The notes beneath the pieces are model-generated. The model did not search any database. It was not told where the DNA came from and saw only the letters and a list, made by a program, of their open reading frames with translations. DNA of 28,564 bases from a virus. Taxonomy: Duplodnaviria > Caudoviricetes. The position numbers were made by a program, and so were the translations under genes. Numbering within the stretch: the stretch's first letter is position 1; each line of letters opens with the position of its first letter. Location: positions 1-28,564 of the IMG/VR virus record IMGVR_UViG_3300044452_000313; one strand, given 5' to 3'. This document shows positions 1-9,500 of this stretch, piece by piece.

Positions 1-534
1 TCACTGCGGAAGCGGCAGGACAAGATACTCTTGCCCCCCAAACGGCACAGGAATGATCCCTTCGAACCGGTCCACCTCCAAAGATTGAAAGTCGAGAAAT
101 GGATCAGTGCAGTCGGACAGGCCTTCTGCTCCAGTTGAATTAGGGCAATCGCCTAGGGTCGGTACACACCCCGTTACTTGCCAATTTTCTCCAATTGCCG
201 GGTACGCACCCGGCGGGCAATAAGCATCAATCGTGGTAATGACCTCTGGAATATGAGGTGCAACCGAAAGCTCCAGTTTGACGCTGCCACCATCTGTGTT
301 TTCACAAACCCTTCGATTTCCAGTTCTACTGCAATCAGCGCTGGCCTGATTGCTATCACAAGCCAGCAAGCATGTTCTTTCTTCGCCCTCACCTGTGCAC
401 TGCGGCTCACACTTGGGCATTTTCACTTCGCAAATCGGAACTTGAATGACAGTGCATACTTTTTCTGCCTTCGCAGCAGTCGGTCCGATTAATCCAAGAA
501 ACACCAAGCATGCTATCATCAGCTGTCTCTTCAT
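1..534 (-). CDS. Secreted cysteine-rich protein (177 aa), moron or flanking host gene
   Basis: GGGAG RBS; Sec signal peptide ending AKA|E; 12 Cys in the mature part. Confidence 0.75.
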   Translation of the reverse strand: MKRQLMIACLVFLGLIGPTAAKAEKVCTVIQVPICEVKMPKCEPQCTGEGEERTCLLACDSNQASADCSRTGNRRVCENTDGGSVKLELSVAPHIPEVITTIDAYCPPGAYPAIGENWQVTGCVPTLGDCPNSTGAEGLSDCTDPFLDFQSLEVDRFEGIIPVPFGGQEYLVLPLPQ

Positions 535-772
535 AAGGACAATCTCCCAGAATTATTTCAATTCTCGATTGATACCATCGCGAGCTGATTCTGATAAGTT
601 GCAGAAATATCTCATCACCTATCCAAGCCCGGCACGCCAGCGCAGCAGCCAATTACATCCATGAACAAGGAGTTTTTAATCGCCTTCAGCCCACGATTTA
701 GAGGACCGGATCAATGTCATGGAAAGTAGGGCAGGAAGTTTGGGTTGTGCCGCGCGATCGACGTGACAGAGC

Positions 773-1003
773 TTACGCCGCGCCGTCTACATAGCTGTCC
801 ATCTTCTCGGGCGATGTGGCGATGCGAGCGAGCTTTGTGCAGACATGCATGATCGCCACCTGTTGGGCTGTTACTCTATGCCCCGTGGCCGCATTGAACA
901 TGTCGGCAATTCTTTGGTGGGTTTCGACGGGATCACCATAATCTTCTAGGCGATCTCCTCCTGTCAGCTGGATAGCTTCATTCAGCACAGAAAAACGGGT
1001 CAA
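773..1003 (-). CDS. DUF6378-like phage protein, possibly C-terminally truncated
   Basis: GDRLEDYGDP...RIA, KLARI and DSYVD motifs; TTG start overlaps the Rz1 stop. Confidence 0.7.
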   Translation of the reverse strand: MTRFSVLNEAIQLTGGDRLEDYGDPVETHQRIADMFNAATGHRVTAQQVAIMHVCTKLARIATSPEKMDSYVDGAA

Positions 1004-1242
1004 TCTTCGCCTCCCTCTACTATCTTGGCTATCGTCGCTATTTTCCGATTGGCACCTTTACGGCCCGCAATCTCCGCCTCCAGAGCAAGCGCAAACTCTT
1101 GCTCCGTTTTCGGGCGCGAGCCCTGCCAGCCGGGGGCTGGTGTAAGCAACGAGGGCGGAATGCTTGGCCCGACTGGCACCGCAACAGGCTTATTCGTACA
1201 GGACGCCAGCAACGCTATTGAGGTAATCGCTAAGAGGCGCAT
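1000..1242 (-). CDS. Rz1-like outer-membrane spanin lipoprotein (80 aa)
   Basis: GGAGGG RBS before ATG 1242; lipobox LASC; Pro-rich segment; overlaps the 3' end of Rz in another frame. Confidence 0.85.
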   Translation of the reverse strand: MRLLAITSIALLASCTNKPVAVPVGPSIPPSLLTPAPGWQGSRPKTEQEFALALEAEIAGRKGANRKIATIAKIVEGGED

Positions 1243-1486
1243 CGCCGCCCTCCATGTTAATGATGAGAAGTTGTCTTTGCGCACTTGCCTTCGCTTCGTC
1301 GGCTTCGCGCATTAGGAATTCCCGTTCGCGTCGGTCTATTTCTTTTTGACGCGCCGCATTGACCTTATAGGCTGCGATAGAGGCCTGCAGGCGAGCATTC
1401 TCGGCCTTCAGATTGCCTCGGGAATAGAGGGCGAACGCCAGCCCAGTGGCCAGCATGCAGACCGCGCCAATGATAAGTCTGTTCAT
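1190..1486 (-). CDS. Rz-like inner-membrane spanin (98 aa)
   Basis: N-terminal TM helix then coiled coil; ATGA overlap with the endolysin stop. Confidence 0.85.
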   Translation of the reverse strand: MNRLIIGAVCMLATGLAFALYSRGNLKAENARLQASIAAYKVNAARQKEIDRREREFLMREADEAKASAQRQLLIINMEGGDAPLSDYLNSVAGVLYE

Positions 1487-2127
1487 CGCACACCCTTCAC
1501 CCACTTAAGCCAGCGTTCTCGCGTAATCCAAGCAAGGCCGGCGAAGGCGACGATCAATGCGCAGATGACTATGATCTGCGCTGTAGGATCAAGCTGTGTG
1601 ACCACGGGTGCTGCCGCACCAGCTGCAGTGGTAACACCAGTTAATGTCGTGCCAGTGGCAATTAATGTCGTGGATTCAGTGAAGGACTTTCGAGGGGCTT
1701 TCATCTCGAACCAGTTGCGCACCTTGAAGCCAGGGCAGGCTTTGGCGGCGTATTCGTTGTGGCCGGAGAGCTTAAGTTTGCCGTATCTGGATTGCAGGTC
1801 GGAGATAAGTCTTCTCAGCGCATCATCCTGATGTGGCGTAAAGTTCTCGTGAAAGAGATCATTTTCAGAACTTCCATGGCCACCAAAGAGCGAAGCGCTG
1901 ATCGTGCCTGTGTTTCTGCCCTTTACGTGCGCACCCTTCCGCTCAATGGGGCGGCCCTCCATAACCGTTCCATCGCGGTCGATGAGGAAGTGATAACCGA
2001 TGTCAGACCAGTTCCTCGCTTTGTGCCATCGACGCACTTCTTCGACCTTTGCGGCTGTACTGCTTTCTGCCATGAAATCGGGTCTTGTCGCCGTGCAATG
2101 CACGACGATTTCGTTCACAGGGCGCAT
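1483..2127 (-). CDS. Endolysin, N-acetylmuramoyl-L-alanine amidase (Amidase_2, T7 lysozyme-like) with a hydrophobic C-terminal extension
   Basis: IVVHCTAT, WSDIGYHF, GAHVKG, GH...KACP Zn-amidase motifs; AGGAGG RBS before ATG 2127. Confidence 0.92.
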   Translation of the reverse strand: MRPVNEIVVHCTATRPDFMAESSTAAKVEEVRRWHKARNWSDIGYHFLIDRDGTVMEGRPIERKGAHVKGRNTGTISASLFGGHGSSENDLFHENFTPHQDDALRRLISDLQSRYGKLKLSGHNEYAAKACPGFKVRNWFEMKAPRKSFTESTTLIATGTTLTGVTTAAGAAAPVVTQLDPTAQIIVICALIVAFAGLAWITRERWLKWVKGVR

Positions 2128-2186
2128 TGGCACCTCCTGAGCTTCGTTTAGGGTTCTATTTTCAGGTGAAGGGACGGGCTAAACCT

Positions 2187-2438
2187 TCACTTTGGCCACC
2201 AGTTCAAGCCTTTCAGCGCCGCTATCGCGCCGCCAAGAACAACGATCAATCCTGCTACAGCCTTTAGTGATCCGATAACGCGCCGATTGGTCTTAAAAGC
2301 CATAACTAATTCACGAATTGTGGTTCCCTCTTCGAGAATTCGACGCAGTTCATCACGATCTTCCTTGTCCTGAAACATCTCGGCGAGTGAGTGCAGCGTC
2401 TGACGTTCACTGCGCGAAAATGGGCCTTCTGTTGTCAT
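2187..2438 (-). CDS. Putative holin or lysis membrane protein (83 aa)
   Basis: Directly upstream of the endolysin; single C-terminal TM segment. Confidence 0.55.
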   Translation of the reverse strand: MTTEGPFSRSERQTLHSLAEMFQDKEDRDELRRILEEGTTIRELVMAFKTNRRVIGSLKAVAGLIVVLGGAIAALKGLNWWPK

Positions 2439-2475
2439 GCTGAAATTTCCTTAACCCGATGCTTTAGATTGATTT

Positions 2476-2829
2476 TCACTCGAACCGCCAAAAAATAACG
2501 GCAAGAACCATGGCCTTCCGTTTCAGACGGGACACGCCGAGGGCGCGCAATCCCTCGGAAAACGGCGCGGCAGCGGCAGTGCGTGACCAACCCAAGACGT
2601 GCAGGGCGTAGTCATGCAAGGCGGACACCTTCTTGATCCGATCGTCATGCGGAGAAATCCAAAGACGGACAATCCACGGGATGGAGGCTTGAAAGCGGAA
2701 CCCCACGGGAACACGGATGAAGTGGCCCGATCCGAGCGCGCCGACTTCCCAGACAATCTCTTTGGTTGTCACGTAGTCGATCCCGTCGATCCGTTCGGAC
2801 CATTTCTTGAGTTCCGTAAAGGCGGACAT
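2476..2829 (-). CDS. DUF1353 family protein
   Basis: VPxGF...ASIP...LHDY...GVS pattern; usual position between fibre and lysis genes. Confidence 0.8.
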   Translation of the reverse strand: MSAFTELKKWSERIDGIDYVTTKEIVWEVGALGSGHFIRVPVGFRFQASIPWIVRLWISPHDDRIKKVSALHDYALHVLGWSRTAAAAPFSEGLRALGVSRLKRKAMVLAVIFWRFE

Positions 2830-3563
2830 TACACGTCCAGAAGATCGATGATGCCTGTCATCGACGCTTTGCGCGTATCGAATTCGGCCTTGACCTCGGC
2901 ATGCGTTGCCATCGTTTCACTGTTCTTTTGATACAGTTCTCTCTGATCTTCGATGGCTGCATTGGCCTTGTTCCACGGACGCCCCTTGGCGAGAATGACG
3001 TTGGCCGCTGCATCCATCGTCATCGCGTGAATGACCGAGTACCCGTGTATATGTGGGTAATCATTTTCCTCATCCGCTGCTGATTTCTTGCTGGCGGACA
3101 GGCCCATCCACTCTTTGGCCTCCCAGAACTTCTGGAGATAGGCCATCGATTGACGCGCACCCATCTTGATAATGCGTCGCGCCTGCGCCTCACCGTGAGC
3201 AACAAGTGATTGATCAAGGCGAGATCGGTATTCAGAGAGATCTTCCGGTGTAGATTCCGGCCAAGTTTCCATGTCACGAACATCTGGCCACGCTGGCAGG
3301 TCGGCGAGAAACGCCTGCACATTTCCGGGAACGGAGTATTTGTTGAGAAACGCCTGCCGGTTCGGAATGGTTTGAACGGCCAGTGCATTTGCGAGGATGG
3401 CTGCGAAATGATCTTGGTTACGCGTATTTCCCGCAAGAAGCGTCAGGTGCTTCAAAATGGCTATAGGCCATGCCTCCGGGGCGCTCGGATCTTCCAGAGA
3501 GGCGTAATGGCCGTCTGCGACCTCTTCGAGGACGATAACTTGGGTAGGTTTTGTGGGTGACAT
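2829..3563 (-). CDS. Putative tail fibre assembly/chaperone protein (244 aa)
   Basis: Follows the fibre gene; AAGGA RBS before ATG 3563; C-terminal Y.QK..EA..W...AA.VI.AK pattern resembling fibre chaperones. Confidence 0.55.
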   Translation of the reverse strand: MSPTKPTQVIVLEEVADGHYASLEDPSAPEAWPIAILKHLTLLAGNTRNQDHFAAILANALAVQTIPNRQAFLNKYSVPGNVQAFLADLPAWPDVRDMETWPESTPEDLSEYRSRLDQSLVAHGEAQARRIIKMGARQSMAYLQKFWEAKEWMGLSASKKSAADEENDYPHIHGYSVIHAMTMDAAANVILAKGRPWNKANAAIEDQRELYQKNSETMATHAEVKAEFDTRKASMTGIIDLLDV

Positions 3564-3579
3564 GAAATGTCCTTTCACA

Positions 3580-6500
3580 TTATCCGGGGTCGTAGATTTT
3601 GAAGGCGGTTAGGCTGGCGTTTCGATGGACGTTGCCAGCGGCGGGGCTACCCACCTTGCTCACCTGCATGCGGAAACGCGCGTTCGTGAGTTCTGTGCCA
3701 AGCTGCGTGGTCGCCGTGCGGAGGAACCAGTCGGTGAAGCTCGCGCCGATGGTCTGGGTCGCAACCGTGTCCCAGTCTCCGTATCCGGAGGCTCCGGGCA
3801 CCCACACGCTCTGCTGGAGGCGCATCTCGCCGTAGGTGGCCGGGTTCGAGATGTAGCGGAGCAGGCAAGATGCCTGTACCTGCCAGTGTTCGTCATAGGA
3901 AATCGCGCCTAGGGTTATGCTGGCCACAACTTCCCACGTGCTGACATTCGTCGGACTAAACGCACCCGTTCGCCTGTCCTGCTTTCGGTCGGCCACTGCG
4001 CCAGGTGCGAGCAACGCTCGATCGATTATGTTAGTACCGACAATCTGGCCCGTTTGATCGAGCGCATAGCCGGTTGTGCCCACGTTGGTAATCACACCGG
4101 AGGAATTGATGGTGCCGTTGAAATTATCGCTGGCAATCGCGCCGCCAAAAGCAGACAGACTGCTGTCAAAAATCAGCGTATCCGCCGCCACCCGGTACAC
4201 GGATTCCGCAGCGCCACTCGCATTGTCCAGTGCAACAAGCTCAATTTCCGCCCCACTGGTGCCCGCCTTAACCCGCCAGACAAGGGACGCGGAGGCATTG
4301 CCCTCCAGATCCGCAACGGCTGTCTGTAGAAGGCTGACAGACGCATCCGTGATGCCAATCTCGGGGACATCGGCTGCATCGGTAACCTTGCGAACGACAA
4401 CACGACCAAAGACAGTTTGACCGCCGCCGCCATCTGCATCGCCCCACAAGACGATCCAGTCCGACGTGCCGGTATCGCTGAATGGCACATCGTAGTAGAA
4501 GGTCTTCCAACTCCACGTGCCTGTTGAGGAGAGGTTCTGAATGCCCGAATTTCCGGCGTCCTGCGTGGTATAGGCAATCGCAAAATTACTCGCCGGGGGA
4601 TTGCTTCCAAGCCGTCGGGTAAGAATATCGACCCGAACGCGGTTGCCTGCAAACTGCTGGGCCTGTTCCGGCGGGATCTGAATGGAATGCCCGTTGCCGT
4701 TGCCAGAGGCGTTTAACGTCCCTGCCCCGGTGCCCAGAACAACCACACTGGTTTGCCCTAATTCTCCTGTGAGCGTTGTGAGCGTGTTGAGCGTACCCGA
4801 GGTGTCTTCGAAGTCCGACGCGTCTTCCAGTATTCTCTGAAAGTCGACCTGCGACAAGTTCACATCGGTGATGATACTGACGGCTGTCGTCTCTGCGCTT
4901 TGTGCCGCAACCTTGGAAGCATCTGCATCCGAAGCCGCTTGGACTGCGAGTATGCGGTCTGCCTCTGCCGCACCCTGGGCCGTCTCTGCTTGCACCCGAG
5001 CGGTGTCTGCGGCCGTTGCGCTGTTCGCCGCCTCTGTCGCTTTAGAGTCCGCTAGAGTTGCGCTGCTGGCTGAGGCTGTTGCGGCGTTTTCGGAACCATC
5101 CTTCGCAGCCACGGCGAGTAGGCGCGCATCATCGGCTGCGGTTGCGCTGTTCCCGGCCTCAGTGGCCTTCGTGGAGGCAAGGTTCGCGCTGTCCGACGAG
5201 GCTGTTGCGGAGTCTTCCGCATCATCCCGGGCCGCCTCCGTTAAAAGCCTTTCCGTCTGAGCGACGAGCGCATCTGACGACGTTTGCGAAGCATTCGCGA
5301 TCGTGATGTCCTTGCTGTCCGAGGCGGCGAGCGCCTGCGTCGTGGCGTCATGAACCTGCGTGACGTCCTGAAACTCCAGCCCGGTCCAGCGGATCTCCGT
5401 GTCAGACGTCGCCGCAGTGGAAAACCGCGAGTAAATTCGAAGTGTGTAGAGTTCCCGGCCCGCCGGAACAGTCAGGCTTTGTTCCGTCTCAATCAACTGC
5501 CACGCGCCTCGCGTGGTCACGGGCATGCCGATGCCATTTTCTGTCACAAGGTTTGAATTGACCGTACCGACATCTCGCAACGTCATGTCGATTTCAAACC
5601 CGCTGAACGCTCCATCACCGGAGGCGACGTGCACCCACATTGCGATCCGGAACCGATAGGTGCCTTCGCCAACTTGCAAACCCACTCCGTCTGGCAGGTT
5701 GGGGTTCTCAGACGACAGAAGTAGACCCGCTAAGGCATCATTGGCCGGATGGATATACTGGACCGCTGTTGTGTAGGGGGCCGTGCTGCTAGGATCATCG
5801 ATACGCGTGCGGCTTTGCGCGCCCTCTGCCGCCCAGTAAAACAGTTCACTGCCCTCAAGCGTGAACCCACCATCAAAAATCAAGTTTCGTTTTGACGCCG
5901 CTAAGAACGCAGCGGTGGCTTGCAAGCGTTTGGTCTCGGATGCCAGCGAAGCGTTTTCTGCATCTGTTGCTCGACTGTCCGCGAGGGTCGCGCTGGTCGC
6001 CGCGGCACCCGCATGCCCCGCTGCCTCAGCCGCCTTTACAGTCGCCACTGCCGATTCATCAGCCGAGACTGTCGCGAAGTTGCCCGCATTGGTTTCCGCC
6101 GCCTCTGCGGCTTCCTTCGCCGCAGTAGACGCCGTCGCAGATCCGTCTGCTGCGCTTTCCGCGATCAGTGCGTTGGCAAGGGCCGTGACATCACGAACCT
6201 CCAGGTACCCGACATAGCCCTCTGCGGAGCCGCCCGCATTGACAGACATGACACGCACATGTGGCATGAACTGGTTGTTCGTGGGTGACGTCGCGGCTGT
6301 CAGAGACATGAATGCATCAACGTCGCCGGGAAGGATTGCGGAAACGTCGGAGCGGTGCGAGAACCACACTTCGTAAACTTGAGGGCCGCTGGCGACAGAA
6401 AGCTCCGGGCCTTCCCACTGGATATTGACGGCCGTGGCATCCCGCACACCGGCTTCGTAGAGCGTGGCACCTGCCCTGAAATCAAATGTTGCGCCGTTGT

Positions 6501-9500
6501 CAACCACCACCTTGGCGGCAAACTTCACCGAATAGACGCGCGTCAGATCATAGGGAAGCGGAGTGATCGGCCCGAAATGCGCGTTCGTATTCGGCCCACC
6601 CGTATAGCAGTTTCCGAAATCCGGGTCATTGGTCACGAGGTTGACCGGGAAAATCTGTCCTTTAGATCCAATGTTCGTGGCGCTTGTCGGCTCCCAGGTC
6701 CACTGCTCAACGCCGAAGATCCGGCTTGTTCCCTGTGCCGCAACATCCTGCGCGAATTCTGCCGATGTTGAGGCAACGGTGTTTCGGAAGGTTTCGGCCT
6801 CGTTGCGATATCCCAGGGCGTCTGCCGCGCTATCCGCAGACGAACCCGAGGCAGCCAGTGCATTTCCGGCCTCTGTCGCAGCGTCCAGAGAATGGCCCTC
6901 CGCGACAGTCGCGAAGTTGCCCGCGTCCGTGACATGAACAGCGGCTTGGTCCGCGCTGTCAGACGAGGCTGACGCGAAGTTTTCGGCATCATCCTTCGCC
7001 GCCTCTGCGAGCAAACGGTCAGCACTGGCTGCATTTGCGGATAATCCTGCCGCGCCGGAAAATGTCTCGGCCAGAGATGCCTCATCCGCTGCGGCGAGGG
7101 CAGATTGACCGGCATTGTAGGACTGCGTGACATCCTCGAACTGGAGATCCGTCCAGCGGATTTCTGTGTCAGAAGTGGCTGCAGTAGAAAACCGCGAAAA
7201 GATCCGAAGTGTGTAGAGCTCTTTCCCCGCAGGGACCGTAAGGCTTTGCTCAGTCTCGATAAATTGCCACGCGCCCCGCGTGGTCATGGGCATCAGCGTG
7301 CCGTTGATTGTTACGAGGTTCGAGTTGACCGTGCCGACATCGCGGAGAGTCATATCGATCTCGAAGCCACTGAAAACACCGTCACCCGTCGCGACGTGGA
7401 CCCACATGGATACATCGAAGCGATAGGTACCTTCACCCACCTGAAGCGTGACGCCATCCGGCAGGTTGGGGTTCTCAGACGACAGAAGCAGGCCCGTTAC
7501 GAAATCATTGGCTGGATGGATGTACTGGACAGCCGTCGTGTAGGGTGCCGTGCTGCCAGGATCATCAATCCGCGTGCGGCTTTGCGCGCCTTCCGCCGCC
7601 CAGTAGAAAAACTCGCTTTCCTCAAGCGTGAACCCGCCGTCGAAAATCAAGTTCTGAGGATTGCGCGCAGCCACCGCAGCCCGCAGGCTTTCCAACTGCG
7701 CCGATTCAGCAGACTGGGAAGCATTCCCCGCGTCACTATTGGCAGAGGTGGCAAACACGCTGGCCGCATTTGCGCTGTCGAGGGCGTTGGTTTCGGCGAC
7801 GAGCGTCTCATCACGGGCTGCTTCCGTGATAACCTGCGCCGCGAGCGTCACATCACGAGCGGTTTCCGTGATATCCCGCGCGGCCTCTGAGCCAGTCTGC
7901 GCAGTCTGGGCACCAAGTTCTGCCGCTTCTGCCCCCGTTCGCGCCGCAACCGCGTCCGCTGCCGCATCAACAGCCGCCTGATAGTCGACTTGGATGTTGC
8001 TTATCTCGGTGTCGAGGTTGGCTTGAACGGTCGCAGCATCGTCTACGCCCTGCTGTGCAAGCGTCTGTGCCGCCGCGATGTCATTGGCAACGGTGTCGTC
8101 AATTTGAGACGCGGCAAGACCAATGTCCGGAGTGGTTACCTGAACCCAAGTATCGGGCCAAACCGGCTTGCGGCCCTGAAGGACATAGCGCCCCTGAACC
8201 TCGTAAGCGGTATTTCTGAGACCCCGTATTGTGACTCGGTTGGTTTCCGCGTCGGCAGGGAAGTTCTCGGTGATCTTCGTCGTGCCTTGAATGCGCATGC
8301 GGAAGCGTGCGACGTCGGCAAGGGGAGCCTCGGATTCACTGCTCCAAGTGAGTTCAATACCAGGGCCAGTTGGGCCTCCTGCGGCGTCTGGAATTGTCGT
8401 CGGTGTCGCCTGCAGGCTCGACATGGTTATGTCTGCGGGCGGGCTAGTGCCAAGTTTCGAAACCTCGGGAGGCAAGTCCTGCCCCGGGGTCCAGGCAACA
8501 TCGCCAGCATCTCGCTCACGGATGGTGAACGTCGGCAGATGTGTTACCGGATGAACAAAACGCCCGGTGATTTCAAAGGTCTTGGACGTGTAGCCATATT
8601 CCGCACTATTCCAGAGAACGGTGTCAAAGACCTGTAGGTTAGAGTAGTCAGGGGGAAGCGTGACGACATGCGCGCGAAACCGGTTGTCGTCCTTGGCGTA
8701 GCTTTCCAAAAGGTGCTGTGCCTGCGACTTGTTGAACACCGCAGGCATTGGCAGTTCTTGAGCAAGTTGGGCACCGTTGTCCCGCGCAAGCCATTCCGGA
8801 TCGCTGTAGGGCGTAACCTCACGGCCCTGATAGATGTCCTCCGGCTCGACATACGTCCCAAAGTATGTGTTCCTAACCGCTTCGATACGCGGAAACGGAT
8901 CCGCAGAGCCGGGTTTCGTGAGTATCAGATCATCATCGGTGAAGCTGACTGTTGCGATCGCAGGAGCGCCTGTACGGACGCGTGCAACACCAGCCGCACA
9001 GGAAAACTGCGTAAAGCTGGCCCGGAAAAGCTGATTGAGGATTTCGGAAGGCTCTACGCTGACGTCGACTTCGAACCCCGCTTCGTAGGTTTTCCGAGAG
9101 CCAATGAGAACGTCGCAGGCGTTCATCGCCGCGAACCAGTTGTCTAGCGGTAGATCTTCGGCCTGGTATTCACCACCATAGACATCCCCCGTGGGCAGGG
9201 TGATGCCTCGACAGATGTTGTACGCCATGACCAGAGGGTTCGTCGTAAATTCCCACGTGTTGGTATTGGCCCATCGATGCGATCCCGAGCCACCTACCGA
9301 ACTGTCTTTTCGAGGGTCGTACAGCCGAATGCCGTCCAACTCGAACCGAACAGAGGGCCTGCTCTGGAACACCTCCGGATTGTACCGGAAGGTCACGATG
9401 GCATACGCGCTGCCCTCGTTGATGTGGTTGAGTGTCCAAGGGCGTGTGGGATGAGAGGAATACTCATTGACGAGATACGGATCCGCCGTCGTCTGGGTTC

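Noticed and set aside
5356-7653. Diversity-generating retroelement TR/VR pair
   Set aside because: Both copies are in-frame parts of one gene, differences are largely synonymous and not confined to adenines, and no reverse transcriptase is in the window
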